In this document: positions 8,634 through 18,014 of the stretch, piece after piece
Position numbering within the stretch: the first letter of the stretch is position 1
Layout: the number at the start of each line of letters is the position of its first letter
NCBI GenBank assembly: GCA_963663385.2
Contig: CAXXXD010000003.1
Location: 1,376,001 to 1,440,000 of the forward strand
From: Oceanispirochaeta sp.
GTDB lineage: Bacteria; Spirochaetota; Spirochaetia; DSM-2461
DNA: 64,000 nt
Direction of reading: 5' to 3'
The notes under the pieces: model-generated
What the model was told of the DNA's origin: nothing
Database searches by the model: none
Seen by the model: the letters and a program-made list of their open reading frames with translations, nothing else
Translations under genes and position numbers: made by a program

Positions 8634-10286
8634 ATCCAGAACACGCCGTATAAGTTCAAGACTCCATAAGCGGGCATTCTGTATAGCTTCGACACCGGTG
8701 TCTGTTTTCTTACGATACTGGGCAGCCGTTGGGAGAATTGTTACCCAAACCTCCTTTTCTTCCTGGGATAGCGAGTTCATATATTCATTAACAGGTTCTG
8801 TAATCTCCGGAAGAGCGGCAATTTTATTTTTGTATGCCCTGAGAAAATCCCGGCTCGACTGATAGGGAGTCCCTGCACTGACAAAATTTATTTCACGGTT
8901 CTGATTCTTTCTGGAAAGGGGAAAATTCAACTTCACTCCGTCACCAGGCAAACCAATAACCTTTGAATGGCATTGAGCGGCTTTCCTTTCGATGCTCTCT
9001 TTATAATGGATCATGGGCTTGGAGATATAGCGATAGCCTTTTACGGTTTTTTCTTTGTTAATACTCCTGTTATGCATTACAAATGAGAAAATTTTATCTT
9101 CTATACCACTTGTTCGTCCTGTCCGGGAAAAGAAGTAGGGATAAATATAGCTCTCACGGGCATAGGGCTTGCCAAAGGGATAGGAAAAATCCGCGCCCAA
9201 TAAATAGATTTCCCGGGCGCCGAGGAGCTCAGCAAGACTCAGTGCCGCATGTGTTACATTACCGCCGGATGTATCTATTTTAGGGAAACGCCTGAATTCA
9301 TTGCTGACATAGCGGGAAAAAGGGTGATCACTGGTAAAAAAGAAATTCAACCTTGAAAACCTGGTAAGAAAGGAAGGAGAAGCCAGATCCAGAATCAGGG
9401 GGACATCCTCTGGATACCCACACATAAAATGGTTATAACTAATATGCTGACAGTCTATGGATATTACAAGATCCGGCTTTATTGCATTGGATAATAAAAC
9501 CGGCAGCGATGTATCTGTAGCGATTAAGGTGCTGTCCGGCTCCCGTTCTTTCAGTTCACCCAACTGTTTCTCCAGGGATGGTCCTGCGGCAGTTATATAA
9601 GCTTTTTTAATAGGCTTGAGAGAATAAACAGTCTTTTCGGATTTCTTCAGATTAGAAAGGGTATTAACAAACCATTTTTTTCCGAAATGAGTCTGTACTG
9701 TATAGTCATCGGTTATCTGATCAATAGTGTTCTTTACTACAGCTGTGAGCCTGGAATAGAAATCATTATCCATGATAACTCTGGATCTGAGAGTAATCGT
9801 CTGAAGGTTTCCTGAAAGAACCGGTAGATAATGTCTTAACAGATAGGCGGAAAACTCTCCGGGATCAGGAGAAATCCACAGAGATACCCGTTTATCCAGA
9901 AAGATATCAGAAAGATCAATATTGCCCAGTATTGATCTTACTTCATCCTTATTGTTCTCAATTACTATAACAGAACTGACCCTGGGACTCTTTAAGAAAG
10001 GCCTTATATGGTAACCGCCACCAAGTCCGAAAATCAGAAGCATACCTTCCACATCGTACTGATCAAATAAACGAACACCTTCCTTTACGGGATCAAACGA
10101 GGAATGTATTAATTTTTTATTCTGATTTTTCCTGAAATAAACCGGAATATCATGATTAGATCTGGTTTTCTGAAAAGAAACCGTATCTGAACTCTCGCAA
10201 TAGGTTATTGAATTCGCCGCGTCGGGAGAACTGTTGGCCAAAGCCAATAAATTTCTATCCAGAATACCCTTATTTATAAGAGACAT
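8598..10286 (-). CDS. Motility-associated factor (Maf)/DUF115 family protein, putative flagellin glycosyltransferase
   Basis: IHSSFDPVKEG, FGLGGGYH, AAGPSL, IKPDLVISID, SGGNV, IYLLGADFSY. Confidence 0.8.
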   Translation of the reverse strand: MSLINKGILDRNLLALANSSPDAANSITYCESSDTVSFQKTRSNHDIPVYFRKNQNKKLIHSSFDPVKEGVRLFDQYDVEGMLLIFGLGGGYHIRPFLKSPRVSSVIVIENNKDEVRSILGNIDLSDIFLDKRVSLWISPDPGEFSAYLLRHYLPVLSGNLQTITLRSRVIMDNDFYSRLTAVVKNTIDQITDDYTVQTHFGKKWFVNTLSNLKKSEKTVYSLKPIKKAYITAAGPSLEKQLGELKEREPDSTLIATDTSLPVLLSNAIKPDLVISIDCQHISYNHFMCGYPEDVPLILDLASPSFLTRFSRLNFFFTSDHPFSRYVSNEFRRFPKIDTSGGNVTHAALSLAELLGAREIYLLGADFSYPFGKPYARESYIYPYFFSRTGRTSGIEDKIFSFVMHNRSINKEKTVKGYRYISKPMIHYKESIERKAAQCHSKVIGLPGDGVKLNFPLSRKNQNREINFVSAGTPYQSSRDFLRAYKNKIAALPEITEPVNEYMNSLSQEEKEVWVTILPTAAQYRKKTDTGVEAIQNARLWSLELIRRVLDSEEYRSVVHKI

Positions 10287-11785
10287 ATTTTATTCAATAC
10301 TCCGTTAATATCGTCAATATAGGCTTCCAGTTTCTCGGAATGATTTCGATCACCCTGTAAACGGGGATAAATATTCTTTATAATCACACTGATACTAGTG
10401 TTATCAATTATTGTATTGGCATTTTTTATAGAATCCAACTCTTTTCGCCAGTTTCTAATAATACTCTTAACCAGTCTCTTTCTTTGAGAATACTCTGGGT
10501 ATTGATTATTCGTGAATTGACAAACAGATGGCCTGCACTCCCTATCTATAGAAGGGAGTTTATCCGTTTCCTGAAAGGGCAGTGCCACAGGAGAAGGATC
10601 TACCCTGATAATTTCTGTGCTAAAATTTTCAGTATTGAACCATTTCTGATAGGTTTCCATACTACGGGAATAATAATACCCGTTCCTGTAGATACGGCTC
10701 ATATTTCTAATACGTTCCATTCTTCTTCCGATTTCGGTAGATAGGCGATTTGAACCAGATATTGAATAGAAATCAAAGGGGTGAGGATGCACATGCTCTT
10801 CCAGTCCTCTGATACAAAGGTCCAGGCCCAAAACATATATGCTCTGTTTACTGAGCCGTGATAAAACATGAATGGCAGTGGCGGCCACAGTCCCCATTTC
10901 TGGAGAACACATGTTAAAAAGGGTACCATTCGTATTAAAAAGTGAATCAATCCATGTCTTCTGATTTATCCCGGCAATTTTTCTGTTGAACTTTCCTGGA
11001 TATGCCATAAGAGTTGAAGCAATCGGGGATTCTTCAGGGAATGATCTATAATGATCTGAGGCGTAGTAACCTGGATCTATGGAAAATATAAGATCAGGGG
11101 TAACGCCTACCGAAGTGAGAGCTTCAACAGAAGAAGGCAGGGCTGCAATAAAATAGTTTTTCTCATATCTTTTAATATCATCCAGGTGCCTGTTTAAAGA
11201 TCCTCCAGAAGCAGCCAATATAACCGGTGCTTCAATACGGTTAATTTGAAGTGAATAATCCTGCTCCAGATAATTTCTGAAACTGTTCTTCAGCCAGCGC
11301 TTTCCAAATTTCATCGTTGTAAGAGTATTCCCCTGAAGGATTCTCAATGTATTAATAAACTCTCTGTTAACATGTTCTGCCATTTCAGGAAAACTACTAA
11401 GCCCCGGTTTCCATTCAAGGATTCTTATATTCTCAGGTAGATTATCACTGAACTGGTTTCTTATAAAAGCATCAAGAGTATGGGTACACCCAGGATACCA
11501 GATGGACATATTTTCTGTTGGGAAGTTCTGAGTGTAATAATGATAAGTATCGCAACTGAAAAAGAATACAAGTATCCTTTTATATTTATCCTTTACTACT
11601 GCATTCAGAAGGTAACCGAGTCCCGGAGCAAATACAATCAAATTGCAAGAGCTGTCCGCCTGATTCTCTTTTTTCCAGTTTTCATAGAATTTCTCAGCTT
11701 CCTTTGCGGGTGAGTATCTTGAATGGAGGTACTGTCCATTTACAGAAGCTGTAAAATAATTGTCCCTGGTTCTTTCTATTTGCAT
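10274..11785 (-). CDS. Second, more divergent Maf/DUF115 family protein
   Basis: YLHSRYSPAKEA, PGLGYL, FGKRWLKN, ASGGSL, PDLIFSIDPG, GTVA, IYVLGLDL. Confidence 0.75.
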   Translation of the reverse strand: MQIERTRDNYFTASVNGQYLHSRYSPAKEAEKFYENWKKENQADSSCNLIVFAPGLGYLLNAVVKDKYKRILVFFFSCDTYHYYTQNFPTENMSIWYPGCTHTLDAFIRNQFSDNLPENIRILEWKPGLSSFPEMAEHVNREFINTLRILQGNTLTTMKFGKRWLKNSFRNYLEQDYSLQINRIEAPVILAASGGSLNRHLDDIKRYEKNYFIAALPSSVEALTSVGVTPDLIFSIDPGYYASDHYRSFPEESPIASTLMAYPGKFNRKIAGINQKTWIDSLFNTNGTLFNMCSPEMGTVAATAIHVLSRLSKQSIYVLGLDLCIRGLEEHVHPHPFDFYSISGSNRLSTEIGRRMERIRNMSRIYRNGYYYSRSMETYQKWFNTENFSTEIIRVDPSPVALPFQETDKLPSIDRECRPSVCQFTNNQYPEYSQRKRLVKSIIRNWRKELDSIKNANTIIDNTSISVIIKNIYPRLQGDRNHSEKLEAYIDDINGVLNKICLL

Positions 11786-12769
11786 TCAAAGCAAATCCTT
11801 AATAACCACCTCTGTATTTGTGGTTTCATCAATTTCAAAAACCTCAGAACCCAAATCAGGAGAATCCTTTAGATTTGTATATAATAATGGCAGAGAAGCC
11901 GACAGTTGAAACAGATACAGATCCTTATCCGGGATTCTGTCTTTATTCTGAATCATCAATATACTATTCCCCTGTAGTTCTATTATCTCAGCATCATTGC
12001 CGGACATAGTCCTGAAAACAGAAATAACTTCCTTTTTAATATTTATGGCAGTCAGTCCATTTCCATCTTCCAGGAGTTGATTAAGCAGAGAAGAAAGATT
12101 CAGCTTTATCAATATCAGATTATCTTTTACAGAATTTAACCTTTCTCTTAAAAGAACTTCGTGATCTACTTTAACACTTTGTTCGTATTTGAATTCGTTA
12201 TCCACCAGGGCGATACGGCTTTTCATTAAAGGTGTGGCGATCACTGTTGCGATATTTTTAAACAGGTCAATCCAGTTTTCAGGTTCAAAATCATCCCATT
12301 CAGTAATAATCATTATTGAAATTATTGCTGAATTATAAAAAACAGGGATTATATACATCCCTTCAATCATGCCGAATTCACGTGTAGAAAAAAAACTTTT
12401 AAAATAAGGCAGCGGAATACTTAATTTAAATGGTTGTCTTGATAATAGATTACTCTTTATTTCGCTTTCATTAAAGAATCCTGAATCCAGTCTTAATCGA
12501 TTATTTGTCGTGATATCGTAACCATTACAACATAGGCAGGTATAGTTTTCTTTATCATCGGCTCTAAAAAAGAGGATTCCCTTATTTATAGAAAGATATC
12601 TGCTAATAATACGGTAGATCTGAGTTCCGTAATCTATACTTGTTTTCTGCTCTTTTATTTTTAATATCAGTGATTCATACTCTCCAAAAGAAGTCATACT
12701 ATGGTAGGGTGCCTCTCCCGGAGCTGTTTTGAATTCCTGAGAAGTTCTTGCTTTATCGAGAAGACCCAT
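11786..12769 (-). CDS. Hypothetical protein with a GAF-like central region
   Basis: 327-aa ORF abutting both neighbours. The KGILFF...GYD...MYIIPVF...ISIMII pattern resembles a GAF fold. Confidence 0.55.
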   Translation of the reverse strand: MGLLDKARTSQEFKTAPGEAPYHSMTSFGEYESLILKIKEQKTSIDYGTQIYRIISRYLSINKGILFFRADDKENYTCLCCNGYDITTNNRLRLDSGFFNESEIKSNLLSRQPFKLSIPLPYFKSFFSTREFGMIEGMYIIPVFYNSAIISIMIITEWDDFEPENWIDLFKNIATVIATPLMKSRIALVDNEFKYEQSVKVDHEVLLRERLNSVKDNLILIKLNLSSLLNQLLEDGNGLTAINIKKEVISVFRTMSGNDAEIIELQGNSILMIQNKDRIPDKDLYLFQLSASLPLLYTNLKDSPDLGSEVFEIDETTNTEVVIKDLL

Positions 12770-15606
12770 CAGTTAGAGATTCCCAATTCCTCAAAGATTT
12801 TTTTATAAACTTCAAAATGCTCACTTCTGGCGAATTCCTGTATTTTTTCTTCTGGCAGGGATTCGAGAAGTTGATCCATATAAGTTAGAATCTCACGAAT
12901 TTCTGATCTTAAATCCGGTGGCAGTTTATCCAGACTGGATTCCCTGGGGATTTTATCACGAATCTCAGCCGCTGCTTCTGAGTGAGAAGGGAAGGGATGC
13001 TCTACCACCTTCTGTATATCATCAACAGCTACAGGCTGTTCGTGTTCATCCTCAGTTTTATCTTCAGAGGAAACATCCTGACTAAAAGTAAACTCTTCCG
13101 GCTCCTCTGTAAGTTCAAGGGTTTCATCTTCCTCATCCAACTCTTTGGTGTCTACTGCAGTTACATCATCCAGTAGAGATTCTTCATCAAAATTGTCATC
13201 TACAGGTAGATCAATAGCAATAACATCATCTTCTTCTTCAGATGCTTCACCTTTCTGATCGTCAATAATATCGGAAACAGTTTCAGTAATATCCTCGGAA
13301 ATATCATCCAGATCTATTTCAATAGGTTCCTCAGCAATATCTGCTAATTCCTCCTCTGTAATCTCAGATTCAGAATCATTCTCCTCTGTAATAGCTAAAG
13401 CTTCCAGGGAGTTCAAATCGATCTCCTCCGTACCAGGCAGCTCAAACCCATCATCAGTCAGATCTTCATCTTTTTCAACTTCTTCAATTATAGTCGCATC
13501 AAGATCAAAGTCATCATTTGTGTCGGAAATATCCAGAATGATTTCAGTTTCAGACTCTGTAATATTCGGCAGTTCATTATCTTCCAGGCTCAGATCATTC
13601 AGATTATCCAATTCCGGTAGATCTGAATTATCTAGATGCACTGCATCCACTTCATTCTCATCCACACGAGGTAAGTCCAGAGATACAGATTGCGCAGTAA
13701 AACCTTCCGGGAGGGGTTCATTATCCAGTTCAGACTGATCTTCCTCAATGGCTATCTCCTCATCTGACAAATCCTCCAGAGCAGGTTCTTCATCAGCAGT
13801 AATATCATTTGACAAATCATCCATCAGATCTTCTGAAAGATCCTGTACGTTATCAATTGACACCACTTCACCTTCATCAAACTGTTCTTCTTCAACTTCG
13901 GTAATATCCATATCAAAATCAAATGCGCTCTCTACCGAATCCTCTTCTGTAGTTGGGGATTCCACTATTTCAGAATCTTCTAAAAGATCGTCAAGAGAAA
14001 CATCTTCAACTTCATCAAGGAGGACATCGTCGAATATCTCATCTTCAACTTCTGTATTCTCAAATCCAAAATCATTCAGATCAACGTCTTCTGTAACAAC
14101 TGTTGATTCGGCTCCTTCCTCCCTGTCATCATCTGAAGTCAGATCAATGACAAGATCATCTACATCTTCTATCTTCAGATCATCCAGCTCAGATGATTCA
14201 TCACCAAGTTCTTCATCATCAAGGTTGACATCTTCCAGGTCCAGTGAGATATCATCGATACCCATCAGATCATCTTCGCTATCCAGAGACATGGTCAGCT
14301 CTGCCTCTTCATCTTCCAGAGAAACATTTAAATCAAGATCCGGCAGCTGTTCATCATCCAGTGATATTTCATCCAATGATAAATCTTCCTCACCAAGGGA
14401 GAGTTCTTCCTCACCAAGGGAGAGTTCTTCCTCACCAAGGGAGAGTTCTTCCTCACCAAGGGAGAGTTCTTCCTCACCAAGGGAGAGTTCCTCCTCATCA
14501 AGGTTAAGTTCCTCCTCATCAAGGTTGAATTCCTCCTCACCAAGGGAGAGTTCCTCCTCATCAAGGGAGAGTTCTTCCTCATCAAGGGAGAACTCTTCCT
14601 CATCAAGGGAGAGTTCCTCCTCACCAAGGTTGAGTTCCTCCTCATCAAGGTTGAGTTCCTCCTCATCAAGGTTGAGTTCCTCCTCATCAAGGTTGAGTTC
14701 CTCCTCACCAAGGGAGAGTTCCTCCTCATCCGGATAAGATTCATTATGATCCAATGAAATCTCATTCTGAACATCCGGTTCGGTCAGGATACTTAAACCG
14801 GGATCTTCTTCGCTTATCATTTCATCATCAAGCGAAATCATTTCGCCATCTTCTGCAGTCATTTCAGCTGTATTGATAATGTTATCCAGTTCATCACCGG
14901 TAAGCACAATTGACTCATCATCATCCTCTTCGAAGAACCCTTTTGTTTCGTTTTCTACCTTGTTATGAATGGAAGCTGGAGCGGGTGCAGCAGAATTCTC
15001 CATAAACCTGGATCTGATATCCAGAATTTCCGCCTTGATATCGGACAATTCACTTTCAATCTTTTCAAGCAGCAGAGTTTGTCTTTCCGCAAGAGATAAG
15101 GTTGTACTGTTTTTCGTATCGGAGGTTCCCAAAACAGTGGAATCACTTATATCTGATTCAATAATCACATCTGAATTATCTTCCGGAAGGAAATCTCCGG
15201 CAGCATCAAGATCTTCATCAGAAAGAGTGTCCTCCGGAACAAAGTCATCATCCCAGGAATCATCAAGCAACTGATCCTCCCCGGGCTGCCAATCATCTTC
15301 AGCCATGGAGATTAGCTCGTCCTCTTCTTCAGGTGAAATCAAATCATCTTCAATATCATGAATCTCACCTAAATCAAAATCATCTTCATCAGAACTGTCT
15401 TCCAAATCAAGAGAATCTATTCCGCTTAAAAAGTCATCATCAAGAGATATATCACTTTCATCATTATCAAAATCCAGATCTGAAATCTCCAGATCATCTA
15501 TATTGGAATCCGGCTGATCAGTGACATTACGATTCTGCAAGTCTTTTTTCACCCACGTGCCGTAGTGTTCAAGATCATTGTTTTCGTTATCTATTTTACT
15601 GCCCAT
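12769..15606 (-). CDS. 945-aa extremely acidic, low-complexity protein with short ordered motifs and a heptapeptide repeat
   Basis: Long ORF with an upstream GGGAG SD. D/E-rich throughout. Ordered-looking islands: LEHYGTWVK, a coiled coil LLEKIESELSDIKAEILDIR, GFFEEDDDESIVLTGDELDNIINTA and a C-terminal helical YMDQLLESLPEEKIQEFARSEHFEVYKKIFEELG. Confidence 0.85.
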   Translation of the reverse strand: MGSKIDNENNDLEHYGTWVKKDLQNRNVTDQPDSNIDDLEISDLDFDNDESDISLDDDFLSGIDSLDLEDSSDEDDFDLGEIHDIEDDLISPEEEDELISMAEDDWQPGEDQLLDDSWDDDFVPEDTLSDEDLDAAGDFLPEDNSDVIIESDISDSTVLGTSDTKNSTTLSLAERQTLLLEKIESELSDIKAEILDIRSRFMENSAAPAPASIHNKVENETKGFFEEDDDESIVLTGDELDNIINTAEMTAEDGEMISLDDEMISEEDPGLSILTEPDVQNEISLDHNESYPDEEELSLGEEELNLDEEELNLDEEELNLDEEELNLGEEELSLDEEEFSLDEEELSLDEEELSLGEEEFNLDEEELNLDEEELSLGEEELSLGEEELSLGEEELSLGEEELSLGEEDLSLDEISLDDEQLPDLDLNVSLEDEEAELTMSLDSEDDLMGIDDISLDLEDVNLDDEELGDESSELDDLKIEDVDDLVIDLTSDDDREEGAESTVVTEDVDLNDFGFENTEVEDEIFDDVLLDEVEDVSLDDLLEDSEIVESPTTEEDSVESAFDFDMDITEVEEEQFDEGEVVSIDNVQDLSEDLMDDLSNDITADEEPALEDLSDEEIAIEEDQSELDNEPLPEGFTAQSVSLDLPRVDENEVDAVHLDNSDLPELDNLNDLSLEDNELPNITESETEIILDISDTNDDFDLDATIIEEVEKDEDLTDDGFELPGTEEIDLNSLEALAITEENDSESEITEEELADIAEEPIEIDLDDISEDITETVSDIIDDQKGEASEEEDDVIAIDLPVDDNFDEESLLDDVTAVDTKELDEEDETLELTEEPEEFTFSQDVSSEDKTEDEHEQPVAVDDIQKVVEHPFPSHSEAAAEIRDKIPRESSLDKLPPDLRSEIREILTYMDQLLESLPEEKIQEFARSEHFEVYKKIFEELGISN
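14371..14730 (-). repeat. Coding 21-bp tandem repeat, 16 units plus 1 degenerate unit, encoding EEE(L/F)(S/N)L(G/D)
   Basis: + strand unit tcttcctcaccaagggagagt and variants such as tcctcctcatcaaggttgagt, repeated head to tail. Confidence 0.95.
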
Positions 15607-15645
15607 TCAGAACTCCCATCCATAGAATAATAAACCTTTAATGTA

Positions 15646-15673
15646 ATATCGACATAAAGGGGCGGAAAATTTA
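15646..15673 (-). promoter_or_regulatory. Putative sigma28 (FliA) promoter for the acidic protein-GAF-maf-maf operon
   Basis: Minus strand TAAA-N16-GTCGATAT about 40 nt upstream of ATG 15606. Consensus is TAAA-N15-GCCGATAA/T, so the spacer is 1 nt long. Confidence 0.5.
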
Positions 15674-15756
15674 TAGCAATCTTTCTAACAGTTATATTTT
15701 AACAGAATTACGACATATAGTGTTAAGGTTTTTAATAATTATCCGTAAATCATTAC

Positions 15757-16188
15757 ATGAATAAGTCTAATTTGAAATGGCTATTTTTGGTTATATTCCT
15801 TATAAACTCACTCTGTATTTTCAAATGGGGAGACACGGGATTAAACGCAATGAGTGAGCAGATCAAAATCCAAAATAAACTTGAAAACAATATCAATGAA
15901 TTATTGACAATCAACAGAGATCTGAACAGGGAATTGGATTCCTATAGATCCGATTCTGAGACAATTATGATACAGGCAAGAGATCTGGGCTATATCAATG
16001 AAAATGAAAAGATACTTTTTATTAATAATCTTTCCCTGACCCCGAAAGTAAACAATCCGGGAGATATAATTCTCCCGGATATGCAATTTAATTCAATTGA
16101 GAAAGGGCTGAGGGTGGCAGCAATTGTCCTAACGGCACTGGTGTTTCTCCTTATCATTTTTCAAAACAGAGTAGGAAAAACTCAATAA
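15757..16188 (+). CDS. Septum formation initiator (FtsB/DivIC family)
   Basis: N-terminal TM, WGDTG, coiled coil, D.ETI...ARDLGYI...E motif; extra C-terminal TM. Confidence 0.75.
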   Translation: MNKSNLKWLFLVIFLINSLCIFKWGDTGLNAMSEQIKIQNKLENNINELLTINRDLNRELDSYRSDSETIMIQARDLGYINENEKILFINNLSLTPKVNNPGDIILPDMQFNSIEKGLRVAAIVLTALVFLLIIFQNRVGKTQ

Positions 16189-16219
16189 CGATAACCCCGG
16201 CTGGTATTTTAATCCGGGA

Positions 16220-17035
16220 TTATTCATCAATAACCTTAACCGTTTGATCCAGCGCTTTCATTTCATCGGGATTCATAGGCTTTATGAGATGATCCCGAAA
16301 AAGTCTTTCCCTCTTATATAATAATTCCATTGGTACCTGATAGGCGTCTTCTACATTTTCTCTCTGGAGAAGTTTCTCTGCAGGACCGCAAGCTATACTG
16401 CCATCTTTAAAGAACAGGATCCCGTTATCCGAGAACTTCCGTGACAGATCCAATTCATGAATGGAATAGTAAAGCGAAATGGACATTTTGTGAGCATACC
16501 CTTTCAGGTATTTCAGGACCCTGTCTTTCCAGTGGTCTTCCAATGCAAAAACGGGTTCATCCATAAACAGAATCCTTGAACCGTACAGCAGACTGAAAGC
16601 AATATTAATTTTCTGCATTTCACCCTTACTTGTATTCTGAACTGATCGGGTTAAAACACTCTCCAGTTCAAACTCATTGATCAGTTCATCTACCAAATAC
16701 TTTTCATCAGGACTATGCAGTCCGTTTTGAAATACCAGAGTCAATAATTCTTTTACGGTTTCCTCTGTTTCAAATTCCATATTCTGATAGACGAAAGAAG
16801 CCAGTTGATTCCGCTCTTTCTCATTTCCGAGTGCGGCAGTATCCCTGCCAGCCAGCAGAACAGAACCGCTCTGAGGCATCAAGCGCCCCCCGGAAAGAAG
16901 CATAAAGGTTGATTTTCCCGTACCATTCTGTCCGACAAGAGAAGTTACACCTCCCGGAAGTTCCACACTGAGATTTGTAAAAACCGGTTTCTCAGAGTCA
17001 TAGCTAAATGTAACATTTTTAAACTCAATAGACAT
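16220..17035 (-). CDS. ABC ATP-binding protein with no adjacent permease
   Basis: Walker A GQNGTGKST, Q-loop VYQN, atypical signature TSKGEMQK, Walker B ILFMDEP, H-loop SIHEL. Confidence 0.85.
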   Translation of the reverse strand: MSIEFKNVTFSYDSEKPVFTNLSVELPGGVTSLVGQNGTGKSTFMLLSGGRLMPQSGSVLLAGRDTAALGNEKERNQLASFVYQNMEFETEETVKELLTLVFQNGLHSPDEKYLVDELINEFELESVLTRSVQNTSKGEMQKINIAFSLLYGSRILFMDEPVFALEDHWKDRVLKYLKGYAHKMSISLYYSIHELDLSRKFSDNGILFFKDGSIACGPAEKLLQRENVEDAYQVPMELLYKRERLFRDHLIKPMNPDEMKALDQTVKVIDE

Positions 17036-17036
17036 T

Positions 17037-18014
17037 TTATACCTTTTTTTTCATTTTTTTCTTATATTCTGGAATTGTGTTCATTGGAGGCCTTTCAACT
17101 TCGGGTATGTTATACTCAATACTCTCAAAGACTTCGTCCTTTACCTGAAATTGTCTGAAAATCGTTGGAAGCTCAGATAAATCCTGAATCATATTATATT
17201 GAACAAGTCTGTTTAGAAAAGTCTGCAGGATACCAAAAGACATTTTTCCCAAAGCCCGTGTTGACTGATTCCGGTGAACCCTCTGATCCAGATCCGTTTG
17301 AGCGAAAGCACTCATGCCATACATCTGGTACACATCCAGCAGATGGGATGTTTCTACTCCGTAACCGATAGGGAAGGGAATGGAATCCAAAACCTCCCGT
17401 CTCACGGCATATTCTCCGGATAGGGGCTGAATAATTGCTGTCAGCTCAGGAAAAAACAGTGAGAACAGGGGACGGGTCAGGATTTCCGTTACCCTTCCGC
17501 CGCCTGACGGCCTTATACTATCTGAAAAGGCAAGAGGTCTGTCATAGAATGCTTTAACATACTTTATCTCGGGCCTCTGAATCAGAGGCCCTACTAGACC
17601 ATAAACAAAACGGGGATGAATATTCTTGATATCTGCATCGATATATACAAGTATATCTCCTTTCAGCTGATATATAGCTTTCCAGAGATTTTCCCCCTTT
17701 CCTTTCATTGGTTCCAGATCAGGTAGTATTTCAGAGGCAAGATAGGTATCAGCCCCAAAGGAAGATGCAACGTCCAGAGTCCTGTCATTTGATCCGGAAT
17801 CGATAACTGCAAATTCATCAATCAGAGGGTATCGGTTCATCAGTTCTGATTTGAATATTACAACCTCCTTTCCGATTGTCTTTTCTTCATTCAGTGTAGG
17901 AATACAGAGGGAAATTTTCAGACCAGATTTTTCCTTGGCTTCAACCAATTCCTTCAGTTCCTGAAAATTAGAGTGATGATATGTGTTTTCCTTAAGCCAA
18001 GAATTAATTTTCAC
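17037..18014 (-). CDS. gpgS: Glucosyl-3-phosphoglycerate synthase (GT81)
   Basis: IPTLNEE.TIG, IDSGS.D, GKGENLWK, YIDADI, KAFYDRP, GGRVTE, IIQPLSGEYA, GYGVE, HRNQ. Confidence 0.88.
   Translation of the reverse strand: MKINSWLKENTYHHSNFQELKELVEAKEKSGLKISLCIPTLNEEKTIGKEVVIFKSELMNRYPLIDEFAVIDSGSNDRTLDVASSFGADTYLASEILPDLEPMKGKGENLWKAIYQLKGDILVYIDADIKNIHPRFVYGLVGPLIQRPEIKYVKAFYDRPLAFSDSIRPSGGGRVTEILTRPLFSLFFPELTAIIQPLSGEYAVRREVLDSIPFPIGYGVETSHLLDVYQMYGMSAFAQTDLDQRVHRNQSTRALGKMSFGILQTFLNRLVQYNMIQDLSELPTIFRQFQVKDEVFESIEYNIPEVERPPMNTIPEYKKKMKKKV

Noticed and set aside
14371..14730. Possible CRISPR array
   Set aside because: Units are head to tail with no unique spacers, lie in frame within a CDS, and no cas genes are present.
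13748..14737. 329-aa Ser-rich ORF on the + strand, plus other repeat-bearing ORFs at 14244-14507 and 14328-14774
   Set aside because: These are antisense or alternative-frame shadows of the D/E-rich gene (GAA/GAT codons read as Ser on the other strand). The 21-bp repeat keeps all frames open.
16193..16221. Hairpin ccccgg...ccggg between the ftsB-like gene and the ABC ATPase
   Set aside because: The stem is short with a large loop. It is plausibly a weak terminator but not well enough supported to list.
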